Positions 29,475 to 38,222 of a stretch of DNA of 64,000 bases are shown here, one piece after another. Both the position numbers and the translations under genes were made by a program. The stretch is from the IMG/VR virus record IMGVR_UViG_3300042889_001503, positions 1 through 64,000 of that record. One strand, given 5' to 3'. How positions within the stretch are numbered: position 1 is the first letter of the stretch; every line of letters begins with the position of its first letter. The notes under the pieces were generated by a model. It did not search any database. It was not told the origin of the DNA and saw only the letters and a program-made list of their open reading frames with translations.

Positions 29475-29592
29475 ATGCTTTTTATTTTTTGGAGATATTT
29501 ATCAATGTATAAAAACCTAACTCAATTTAAGTAAATTTTAAACTTTTTTTGAATTAGGAGATATTTATATATTAAAATAACAACAAAACGAA

Positions 29593-31104
29593 ATGGCAAA
29601 AGAAAAATCTTTAGTTGAAGAGGCTATCATCCAAATGAAAAACTTGGAAGAAGCGGTAGCTGAAAATGCAAAAGGAATACTTGCTTCTACAATGAAACAA
29701 GAAATCAAAGACCTAGTAAAAGAATCTCTAACTGAACAAGACGAGATTAACCCTGATGACGTTGAAGTGGATGAACCTATGGGTTCTGATGATATTGCCG
29801 ATATTGATATGGGTGATGATTCAGATGAAGAAGGTGATGAAATGGATACTGATGATACTGATGACGAAGAAGATATGGACTTTGGTGACGAAGAAGATAT
29901 GGACGACGAGGAAGACACTATTGACTTAACTGACGCAGACGATGAAGAAGTACTTAGAGTATTTCAACTTATGGGTCCGGATGACAACATTGTCGTAACA
30001 AAAGACGACAAAGGAAACACTCACCTTAAAGATGAGGAAACCGGTAAAGAGTATATGATTGTTGGTGAAAGTGAAGAAGAAGAATTTGAAATGTCTGAAG
30101 AATGGGACGAAGAACTTGAAGAAGATGAGATGGGTGACGAATCTATTGAATCAATCGTTGAGAGAATGTTCGGTTCTGATGATGAAGACGAAGACGAAGT
30201 GGAATTTGATTTTGAAGAGTTTGACGAATCTGATGATATGGACGATGAAGAAATCGTTTATGAAATCGAAATGGATGAAGAAGACGAAGAAGAATTAGGT
30301 GAAGAAGAAATGGATGATGAATCTATTACTGAAGCTAAAATGTCTATCAAACCAAAAGGTGTTGGGATGGGTAATCAATCAAAATTTAAATTTAACAAAT
30401 CACCTAATCAAGGAACAGGATTTAAAACTAAAATGAAAGAGGCTCCAAAATCTGTAGGAACAGGTAAAGCGAAATTCGAGTATAAAGAAGGTGAAAATTC
30501 AGGAACTAAATTAGGAACAAACAAAGTTGTTAAGAAAACTGAAACAAAAGAAGGTTCAACTAGAAAACCAATGGTTAAAAAAGTTGAAGGTAAAAAAGAA
30601 GAGACAAAAGAGGCTGTAAGAACTTTAGGTTCAGGGTCTAACTTTAGAAAAGGTGGTTTACCAAAACCAAGAGCTCATTCAAGTTTTAATACTGCTATCA
30701 AAGAAAGTAACACTAATTCAGAGTTACAAGTTCTTAGAGAAAAAAACGAAGAATACAGAAAAGCACTTAATGTTTTCAGAAGTAAATTAAACGAGGTTGC
30801 AATCTTCAATTCAAACTTGGCTTACGCTACACGTTTGTTCACTGAACATTCAACATCAAAACAAGAAAAAATTAACATTTTAAGAAGATTTGATGGTGTT
30901 GAAACTATCAAAGAATCTAAAAATCTATATCAGGTCGTTAAAAATGAATTATCCTCAGGAACTAAAACTCAAACTATGAACGAGTCAATTGAAAGAACAA
31001 TCGCAAAATCACCTTCTACAGGAGCGGTTAACTTACTTGAATCAAAAACATATGAGAATCCACAGTTCTTAAGAATGAAAGATTTAATGGCAAAAATAAA
31101 ATAA
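29593..31104 (+). CDS. prohead scaffold/core protein (gp22-like)
   Basis: Lies between protease and MCP; very acidic middle; coiled-coil NEVAIFNSNLAYATRLF; C-terminal FLRMKDLMAKIK. Confidence 0.8.
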   Translation: MAKEKSLVEEAIIQMKNLEEAVAENAKGILASTMKQEIKDLVKESLTEQDEINPDDVEVDEPMGSDDIADIDMGDDSDEEGDEMDTDDTDDEEDMDFGDEEDMDDEEDTIDLTDADDEEVLRVFQLMGPDDNIVVTKDDKGNTHLKDEETGKEYMIVGESEEEEFEMSEEWDEELEEDEMGDESIESIVERMFGSDDEDEDEVEFDFEEFDESDDMDDEEIVYEIEMDEEDEEELGEEEMDDESITEAKMSIKPKGVGMGNQSKFKFNKSPNQGTGFKTKMKEAPKSVGTGKAKFEYKEGENSGTKLGTNKVVKKTETKEGSTRKPMVKKVEGKKEETKEAVRTLGSGSNFRKGGLPKPRAHSSFNTAIKESNTNSELQVLREKNEEYRKALNVFRSKLNEVAIFNSNLAYATRLFTEHSTSKQEKINILRRFDGVETIKESKNLYQVVKNELSSGTKTQTMNESIERTIAKSPSTGAVNLLESKTYENPQFLRMKDLMAKIK

Positions 31105-31136
31105 AAATAAATTAAAATTAATAAAAACCAAAAAAA

Positions 31137-33008
31137 ATGGGAGCATTATTAGAATCAGGATTAGTTGGTAACATCGGGTTAAAACACCTTAAAGTTATCA
31201 AAGAAGACACAATCAACAAATGGGATAAATTAGGATTCCTAGAAGGTCTTAAAGGACACATGAGAGAAAACGTAGCTCAGTTATATGAGAACCAAGCGTC
31301 TTTCTTAATAAACGAAGCTACAGGTGAAGGTTCAAACGGTTCATTCGAAACGGTTGTATTCCCTATCGTAAGAAGAGTATTCTCTAAATTACTTGCGAAT
31401 GAAATCGTATCAGTACAAGCTATGAACTTACCAATCGGTAAATTGTTCTTCTTCGTACCTAAAATTCAAGGTTACCAATCAGGTCAAGAAACTATCTTAG
31501 GAACTCAATTAGGTGGTGGTACTCACTACGGACCAATTGGTGCGGCTGATGGACAAACTGCGGCTGATGGTCAATCAGGAGCTGGTTACACAGGAGCAAA
31601 CGCATTCAAGAAAAATCTTTATGATTTATTCTATGAAGGAAACGAAGGTCAATTAGACCCTCCAGGATTGTTTGACTACTCTAAAGGACAATGGTCGGCA
31701 GTTACTAAACCAACAACAGTTATGGTTTGGTCAAATGGTAGTTTAGTTGTTGCTGACGCAACTGCATTAGCTAACCAATTCAATGGAAAAAACATTAGAA
31801 AAGTAATCGTAGCATTATCAGGATTCACAACTGCTGGTACAGGTAAATTAATCGGACCAGACGGTAATGAAGTTGATACTGAAACTTTCTTATCTGATTT
31901 AAGAATCTACAGTGATTCTACAACTGCATGGACTTCAACAACATCACCTTGTAGTGTTGTAAGTGGGTCTACCGGAATAAACTCATTATTGTTTAGAGTT
32001 GTTACTCAACAATATGGTGAAGGTATCGTTTCAGGATTAAACGGAAGAGGAACTACATCATTTGCAACTACAGGTAATAACGGTACTTACAATGATACTT
32101 GTTCTCCTGCAGGAATCATCTACTTAGAAGTTGATTTATCTTGTCCAACTTGTCCTTCTTGTGGTGACACATTAGACGGTTATACAGGAACAACTATCGG
32201 AGTATTACCATCAACTGGGTTTACTGCTGTTTACAGACGTTACGCTGATATGGAATTTGAAGATAAAATCGGTGAGGTTTCTTTCGAATTAGATTCAGTT
32301 ACTGTATCTGTTACAGAAAGAAAATTAAGAGCACAATGGTCTCCTGAGTTAGCTCAAGACGTTGCAGCTTTCCACAACATCGATGCTGAGGCTGAATTAA
32401 CAGCTTTATTATCTGAACAAGTTGCGGCTGAAATCGACCGTGAAATCTTAAGAGATTTACGTAAAGGTGCGGCATGGAACTTACGTTGGGATTACAATGG
32501 TTGGAGAAGAATCTCTTCAACAACAAACTATACACAAAAAGATTGGAACCAAACTTTGATTACTGCAATTAACCAATTGTCAGCACAAATCCACAAATCT
32601 ACTTTAAGAGGTGGAGCTAACTGGATTGTAGTATCTTCTGAGGTTTCAGCGATTATGGATGACTTAGAATACTTCCACGTATCTAATGCTTCACCTGAAC
32701 AAGACCAATATAATATGGGTATTGAAAGAGTTGGAACATTAGCAGGACGTTACCAAGTATATCGTGACCCTTACTTCCCAGCTAACCAAGTGTTAATTGG
32801 ACACAAAGGAACATCGTTACTTGATACAGGATACATCTACGCTCCGTATGTACCATTACAATTAACACCTACAATGTACAACCCATTCAACTTTACACCG
32901 ATTAAAGGTATAATGACTCGTTACGCGAAAAAGATGGTGAATAATAGATTTTACGGCAGAATTACTGTAGATGGTGTTAGAACATTCGATTTAAGAGAAT
33001 TGAGATAA
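31137..33008 (+). CDS. major capsid protein (T4 gp23-like)
   Basis: FPIVRRVF..L.A..IVSVQAM, RKLRAQWSPELAQDV.AFH.IDAEAEL, EIDREI, GYIYAPYVPL, GIMTRYA. Confidence 0.95.
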   Translation: MGALLESGLVGNIGLKHLKVIKEDTINKWDKLGFLEGLKGHMRENVAQLYENQASFLINEATGEGSNGSFETVVFPIVRRVFSKLLANEIVSVQAMNLPIGKLFFFVPKIQGYQSGQETILGTQLGGGTHYGPIGAADGQTAADGQSGAGYTGANAFKKNLYDLFYEGNEGQLDPPGLFDYSKGQWSAVTKPTTVMVWSNGSLVVADATALANQFNGKNIRKVIVALSGFTTAGTGKLIGPDGNEVDTETFLSDLRIYSDSTTAWTSTTSPCSVVSGSTGINSLLFRVVTQQYGEGIVSGLNGRGTTSFATTGNNGTYNDTCSPAGIIYLEVDLSCPTCPSCGDTLDGYTGTTIGVLPSTGFTAVYRRYADMEFEDKIGEVSFELDSVTVSVTERKLRAQWSPELAQDVAAFHNIDAEAELTALLSEQVAAEIDREILRDLRKGAAWNLRWDYNGWRRISSTTNYTQKDWNQTLITAINQLSAQIHKSTLRGGANWIVVSSEVSAIMDDLEYFHVSNASPEQDQYNMGIERVGTLAGRYQVYRDPYFPANQVLIGHKGTSLLDTGYIYAPYVPLQLTPTMYNPFNFTPIKGIMTRYAKKMVNNRFYGRITVDGVRTFDLRELR

Positions 33009-33030
33009 TCAAAATCTTAAAATATTTAAC

Positions 33031-33058
33031 AAAAAGGGACTATATGTCCCTTTTTTTT
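33031..33058 (+). terminator. rho-independent terminator after MCP
   Basis: AAAAAGGGAC-TATAT-GTCCCTTTTT followed by a T run. Confidence 0.9.
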
Positions 33059-33103
33059 ATGTATATTTGTAAACAATCAAGTTTATGGTTGTATTTATAA
33101 TAT

Positions 33104-33784
33104 ATGAAGAAAATACTATTAGAAAAATCAGTTGTTGATGAAATTTTGAGATTATATAATGATGAGATGTTAGGCTCTCCATCTATATCTGAAAAATTAA
33201 ATATTAACAAACAAGTTGTGTTACGAACATTAAAAGAAAATGGTGCTATTGTCGGTATCTCCGGTAGAAAATATAAGGGTGGGAAATCTGAATCAGATAA
33301 ACGACATTATCTTAAAAATAGAGAAAAACGATTACAATATTTTTCTGATTGGCAAAAAGATAATAGAGACCGTCTAAATGATTACCATCAAAAATGGAGA
33401 GAAAAAAATATTGATAAACATAGAGAATATAAACGTAAGTATGAAAAACATCGTAAAGATACTGACCCCCTCTATAAACTAATCACCAATTTCAGAACTG
33501 CAATATGGACAGTATTAAAAGAAAGTAATGTAGACAAATATGGACATTACTTTGATGTTCTACAATATAGTCCGGAGGAATTGATTAATCATTTAGAAAA
33601 ACAATTTAAGGATGATATGACGTGGGATAACTATGGAATTTGGCACGTGGACCATAAACTACCAATTACATCTTTTGATATACAAGAGATGGGTGACGAG
33701 GAATTTATGAGATGTTGGTGTTTGGATAACCTTCAACCAATGTGGGGTGAGGAGAATATTCGTAAATCAAATAAAGTTTTTTAA
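33104..33784 (+). CDS. HNH endonuclease (free-standing, homing-type)
   Basis: WHVDHKLP...NLQPMWGEENIRKSNK; N-terminal HTH-like segment; basic helical linker. Confidence 0.8.
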   Translation: MKKILLEKSVVDEILRLYNDEMLGSPSISEKLNINKQVVLRTLKENGAIVGISGRKYKGGKSESDKRHYLKNREKRLQYFSDWQKDNRDRLNDYHQKWREKNIDKHREYKRKYEKHRKDTDPLYKLITNFRTAIWTVLKESNVDKYGHYFDVLQYSPEELINHLEKQFKDDMTWDNYGIWHVDHKLPITSFDIQEMGDEEFMRCWCLDNLQPMWGEENIRKSNKVF

Positions 33785-33814
33785 ATACTGAGGTATTTAT
33801 ATAAAAAGAAAAAT

Positions 33815-34957
33815 ATGAACAATTTATTTGAGATATCGAGTGAGGAAAGAAGTAGAATATTAAATCTTCACGAGAGTGCAACAAAACGACAATATTTAAC
33901 GTTAGAACAGGTTGTTCAACCCCAATATCATTCGACAACTACATCAAAATCGACTAACACTACTTTTCCGGTTCAAAATGTTGGTGATAAATTTGCTTAT
34001 GGTCAGGTTGATTCTCCAAATGTTAAGTCAAAAATAATTTCATTAAAACCTCAAATTGATAAATTTATCAAGGATGATGGTGGTAAAAATTTTGTTATAA
34101 CTATTACTGCAGGGGAATCTAATGTTACGAATCCAAAAGGATTTGAAGAAAAGGGTAGTTTAGCATTGGCGAGAGCTAATTCTGTGAAAGGGTATTTTGA
34201 AGAAGTATTTCAAGATTTAATTAAAAATGGTGTTTTAACTATTAAAGTTCCTACAGATGTTAGTCAAGTATCTTTAGGTAAAACACCATATGATAAGACT
34301 AAAGGTGATAATAAAAATCCTGATAAGATTAAATTATATAGTGGTGAGCAATTTGTAAACTTTACTATCACAGGTAGTGGTTCAAAGTGTAATTTTGTTT
34401 TAGATGTTGAAGCTGGTCAAGGGGACCCTAATTTAGATTATGTAACAACTGATGAGATTTTAGAAGGTAAAGGGGAAGTTACATTTACTCCGGGACAGAT
34501 TCCGGATAGATTGGTTATTATGGATAGTCAGGGTAAAATAGAAACGGACACAGGGTATATTACGGGTGACGTTAGTAAATACCCGGATTGGAAATATACT
34601 CCACTATATGTTTATCTTTTAACTTTGGTAAGTCAAACTAACCCGGTTGCGGTTTCAGGTAGTGAAATATTAACGATAACAGTTACAGATTATGCTGATT
34701 TGGTTAAACAATTATTGAATGACCCCAATTCACGTAGTTATCAAAAAATGGGTAGTGAGATAGAACCGGGGTTAAAAGCTATGGCGGGTATGATTAAAAA
34801 AGGGCGAACAGAGTTTGTTATTTATAAATTATCGAATGCGGGAACCACAGTTCAATTTGATTCACCAAATAATGATAAAAAAATCAAAGTATATTCACCT
34901 ATTGGAACCGGAACAATTAAAACAGGTTACGGGTTAGTAGGTCGTTGTATTAATTAA
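33815..34957 (+). CDS. putative internal virion protein with shared leader and OmpA-C-like segment
   Basis: Leader EERSRILNLHESATKRQYLTLEQ; AGES.V.N....LALARANSVKGYF. Confidence 0.65.
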   Translation: MNNLFEISSEERSRILNLHESATKRQYLTLEQVVQPQYHSTTTSKSTNTTFPVQNVGDKFAYGQVDSPNVKSKIISLKPQIDKFIKDDGGKNFVITITAGESNVTNPKGFEEKGSLALARANSVKGYFEEVFQDLIKNGVLTIKVPTDVSQVSLGKTPYDKTKGDNKNPDKIKLYSGEQFVNFTITGSGSKCNFVLDVEAGQGDPNLDYVTTDEILEGKGEVTFTPGQIPDRLVIMDSQGKIETDTGYITGDVSKYPDWKYTPLYVYLLTLVSQTNPVAVSGSEILTITVTDYADLVKQLLNDPNSRSYQKMGSEIEPGLKAMAGMIKKGRTEFVIYKLSNAGTTVQFDSPNNDKKIKVYSPIGTGTIKTGYGLVGRCIN

Positions 34958-35198
34958 TTCGTTTTGAACTAATTAACTCATAAGTTAATTTATTATCTTT
35001 TGCGTAGGCAATATAGGTTTTGATAGTATCGTTTTTAGTAATTTTCATTATAGAAAAAACTTTTTTGTTATAAACTTTAGATAACGAATCCATCAAGACG
35101 TTGGCATCTTTGTCAATGTCTTTTGTTTTTGGTTTAACTTGAGCCACAGAGGTTAATGTTCCGATAAGTAATAACGATAATAAGAATAACTTTTTCAT
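34950..35198 (-). CDS. small secreted protein with Sec signal peptide
   Basis: MKKLFLLSLLLIGTLTSVA|Q; Bacteroidetes promoter upstream. Confidence 0.7.
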   Translation of the reverse strand: MKKLFLLSLLLIGTLTSVAQVKPKTKDIDKDANVLMDSLSKVYNKKVFSIMKITKNDTIKTYIAYAKDNKLTYELISSKRIN

Positions 35199-35218
35199 AG
35201 TGTTTGTGTTTTGTTTGA

Positions 35219-35249
35219 CAAATATAAATATAATATTTTAACTGCCAAA
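35219..35249 (-). promoter_or_regulatory. Bacteroidetes-type promoter (TTTG-N19-TATATTTG)
   Basis: Minus strand TTTG at 35246-35249 and TATATTTG at 35219-35226. Confidence 0.65.
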
Positions 35250-35260
35250 ATTTTTATATA

Positions 35261-35286
35261 AAAAAAGACGTTATTCTACGTCTTTT
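35261..35286 (-). terminator. terminator hairpin
   Basis: AAAAAAGACGT-TATTCT-ACGTCTTTTT. Confidence 0.7.
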
Positions 35287-35495
35287 TCTTTTTTGGCGGT
35301 TACTCTAATTGCTTTTGATAATACTTCACATTCTCCTAATGAGAATATTCCGGATTGATATGCGTATTTAACGGCTTGGGTTAGATAGTATATTCCGTGT
35401 TCTTTATCCATAGTTTCAAGTATGGCATCTAAGTGTTCTTCAGATTGGATTGGTATTGATTCAAATAGCTTTCCGAATAATTGAGGTTCTTCCAT
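35271..35495 (-). CDS. hypothetical protein (74 aa, start MEEPQLF)
   Basis: The upstream extension in the track is antisense to the 35526 gene; the ATG at 35495 has an A-rich leader. Confidence 0.65.
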   Translation of the reverse strand: MEEPQLFGKLFESIPIQSEEHLDAILETMDKEHGIYYLTQAVKYAYQSGIFSLGECEVLSKAIRVTAKKEKDVE

Positions 35496-35525
35496 TTTTT
35501 TAATTTGTTTGATATTTATAAGTAT

Positions 35526-36755
35526 ATGAACAAAAATAACAAAATACAGATTAAAGAGGCTACCGGAGAGAGTGGAACTAGAGGTTCGTTTATAGCACCT
35601 CTTCAAGTGGGTATTAGAAAATTCAAAAAATCTCAAATGGGTCCGTTTACGACATCGGTATCTAAGTATGATAATCCTGAATTGGAATTTGATAGTTATG
35701 ATGGTTCGATGGATGAAACAAAGAAACAGATTAAGAAGATAGAGGGGAAGGCAAGAAAGGTAACTAATTATATGACGAAACACCCTGATTCGACCAATAG
35801 TGATGAAGAGGGTAACAACATTAATCAAACACCCGGTAAGAAAAATTTAAAAGTTGTTCCAATTAAAGAAAATACGTTGGCTAGTAATGCCGGTGAATAC
35901 AATGGTCCAATTGAGTTAGGATTAAAAAAATGGAGAAAGACTGAATTATTTCCTTTTAGTATTGATGTTGATAATCACCATAATAAAAAAGCTAAAGGTA
36001 AACATATAAAAAATAATGTTGAACGTGTTATTGGTATGTGGGAGAAAGGTGTTGACGGAAGTTATGATATAGACACACACGACGTTCATACGGTTAAAGA
36101 ATGGGTTGAGATAACCGAAGGCACCATATTGGGAGATATTGTCCCAAATGGACTAAAAATGTCCTCTAATTACGACAGAGTTATTGATAAGTTTAGAAAG
36201 GATATTCCTGAGGATAAAATGAAGGAATATGATTTGATTTCTGAGAAGATAAAAGATTTTGTTCAAGATAGGGGATATGTTATAAAAGTATTGAATTCTT
36301 GTAACACCGGATTTAAAGGGGTTAGAACAAATAAGGCAATTATTTTATGTTCACCTGAAATGTTTCCAAATTTTGCATCATTTGTTTATATTTTATTCCA
36401 CGAATTAAGGCACGAACAACAGATGAGTGAATTTGATTTGAAGGATTCCTATATGGGGGATATTGAGGATTTTGAGGAATTTTATAAAATCTATTGGGAT
36501 ATGGAAATGGATGCCGATAATTACGGTAAGGATTGGGTTAAAAAAATTGGTGATGTGTTAAAATTGCCTGAGGATGTTTATTATCTAGATAATATGATTA
36601 AAAATTATCCATCAATGTCAAATATGGTTAGACAAATGACATCACACCTACACAGAGAAATACAAACCTTAAAGAGTCGAGGAATGACGTATACGGACAT
36701 TAGTGACTTGGATATCGTTAAGAAACACTTACAGAGTCTTGAAGATATGTTTTAA
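35526..36755 (+). CDS. modular protein with internal repeat and C-terminal HExxH metalloprotease-like domain
   Basis: FHELRHEQQ..EMDAD; two IKE..G...P...G..K..K....PF units; TATTTAT at 35513. Confidence 0.7.
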   Translation: MNKNNKIQIKEATGESGTRGSFIAPLQVGIRKFKKSQMGPFTTSVSKYDNPELEFDSYDGSMDETKKQIKKIEGKARKVTNYMTKHPDSTNSDEEGNNINQTPGKKNLKVVPIKENTLASNAGEYNGPIELGLKKWRKTELFPFSIDVDNHHNKKAKGKHIKNNVERVIGMWEKGVDGSYDIDTHDVHTVKEWVEITEGTILGDIVPNGLKMSSNYDRVIDKFRKDIPEDKMKEYDLISEKIKDFVQDRGYVIKVLNSCNTGFKGVRTNKAIILCSPEMFPNFASFVYILFHELRHEQQMSEFDLKDSYMGDIEDFEEFYKIYWDMEMDADNYGKDWVKKIGDVLKLPEDVYYLDNMIKNYPSMSNMVRQMTSHLHREIQTLKSRGMTYTDISDLDIVKKHLQSLEDMF

Positions 36756-36759
36756 ATAA

Positions 36760-36788
36760 CAAACCCCTACTCAACAGTGGGGGTTTTT
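36760..36788. terminator. bidirectional terminator
   Basis: AAACCCCTAC-TCAACA-GTGGGGGTTT between convergent genes. Confidence 0.75.
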
Positions 36789-37210
36789 GATTTAATTAAG
36801 ATTCTATTCTTTAATTTTGATAATGAATGTTCCACTTGGGATTTCATTTGTTCAATACGTTGCATTCTATTTTGTTGCACTTTGTTATCATACATATTGG
36901 ACATTTTCTTCCAATCTCTATCAGTAAGGGGGATATTACTATAATAACAAACGTGATTGATTATTGTAATTTTTTTATCGTCTAAGATAATGAATACACC
37001 TAATTTTTTATTTTCTATAATTCTATGGTCAGATAGTGGAGCAATTTCATAAATGGAATTGGAATGTCGTAAGACATTACGGAAAATAAATTTACAATCA
37101 TTGATATCCGCCAATCTTCCCGGGTCAACAACATCGTATAATATCTGTAACTCTAATAGTTTCTTTCTAACAGCTCTACGTTTTAATTTTCGTTTTATGT
37201 ATTTTATCAT
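36767..37210 (-). CDS. hypothetical protein
   Basis: ORF; TATCTTTG (minus strand, 37231-37238) upstream. Confidence 0.7.
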   Translation of the reverse strand: MIKYIKRKLKRRAVRKKLLELQILYDVVDPGRLADINDCKFIFRNVLRHSNSIYEIAPLSDHRIIENKKLGVFIILDDKKITIINHVCYYSNIPLTDRDWKKMSNMYDNKVQQNRMQRIEQMKSQVEHSLSKLKNRILIKSKTPTVE

Positions 37211-37288
37211 ATCTTTAGTGAATTATCGGACAAAGATACGTAAAAATTTTATATATAAAAAAATAATTTGATAAAAAAAAGGAGAAAA

Positions 37289-37567
37289 TTAAATTCCTCC
37301 TTTATTTTTTGCTTTATCTAAGTAGTCATAAGCTCTATCTCCATACATTTCATATATTTTTTTGAAGAATTGTGCGGGGTTTTTTCTTATGTATCTAAGA
37401 ACATCATTTGGGATATACGAACCGTATTTGTCACCAAAGATTGATTTGACTTGTCTCTCTCTATCACTCGTTGGTCTATTAACATCGGATGAGTAATCTT
37501 GTTCAGACATTACTTTTTTAATAATGTTTGATAAATCTGATTCTGAAAGTTTAACTACCTTACCCAT
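37289..37567 (-). CDS. small protein with leader-like N-terminus
   Basis: MGKVVKLSESDLSNIIKKVMSEQ. Confidence 0.7.
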   Translation of the reverse strand: MGKVVKLSESDLSNIIKKVMSEQDYSSDVNRPTSDRERQVKSIFGDKYGSYIPNDVLRYIRKNPAQFFKKIYEMYGDRAYDYLDKAKNKGGI

Positions 37568-37570
37568 AAC

Positions 37571-38176
37571 TTACGAATTTAATCCATTCATTCCACCAAG
37601 TTCGATTGCATCTAGTAAGACAACTGCCTTACCATACGCGTTTGTCCAAGTTGGGTGGGGTGGGACAACTGTTATAGTGTTACCACTACAATCAAGTACA
37701 CACATAATTGTTTCTGTTCCTGCGGATATAGGTGGTGGTGATACACAATTTTCACAATCTAAAAAGGGACCTGAATAGTAATAATAATTTGTTTCACCCG
37801 AATTAGTTAACCCATCAAAAGTTACGCAAAATGGTGTTCCTCTACCAAATTGTATTTCATAAGTACTACCTGATGTGGGAGCACCAAAGTAACTACAAAA
37901 TTCAGTTGGGTCTATATTAATCTCTTCTAATGTACCACATCGTATAAATTTAAAATTTAAATCCACTGTGGTCTCACTTAAACACTCACAACAATCTGTA
38001 TATGATATCCCCAAGGTTACCCCTATAGTTGGAGGGTTAGACGTTTCTACCCCAACAGTAGCACAAAATCCTATCTCGTCAATAGAATACCCTACTGTTT
38101 CTCCCACTGTTAACGTTATTGCAGAAACAATGTATTCCTCATTAGTTAAACAATCATTTATAATATAATTTGCCAT
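37571..38176 (-). CDS. Cys-rich virion-type protein
   Basis: Two C..(FC)..DC..C modules similar to those in 13829 and 21884. Confidence 0.7.
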   Translation of the reverse strand: MANYIINDCLTNEEYIVSAITLTVGETVGYSIDEIGFCATVGVETSNPPTIGVTLGISYTDCCECLSETTVDLNFKFIRCGTLEEINIDPTEFCSYFGAPTSGSTYEIQFGRGTPFCVTFDGLTNSGETNYYYYSGPFLDCENCVSPPPISAGTETIMCVLDCSGNTITVVPPHPTWTNAYGKAVVLLDAIELGGMNGLNS

Positions 38177-38222
38177 ATATTTTGTATTATTTTTTTTTTA
38201 GTTTTTATTTATAAATATCTTA

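Noticed and set aside
35496-35828. N-terminal 111 aa of the 185-aa minus ORF
   Set aside because: It is antisense to the 35526 gene; a better start is the ATG at 35495
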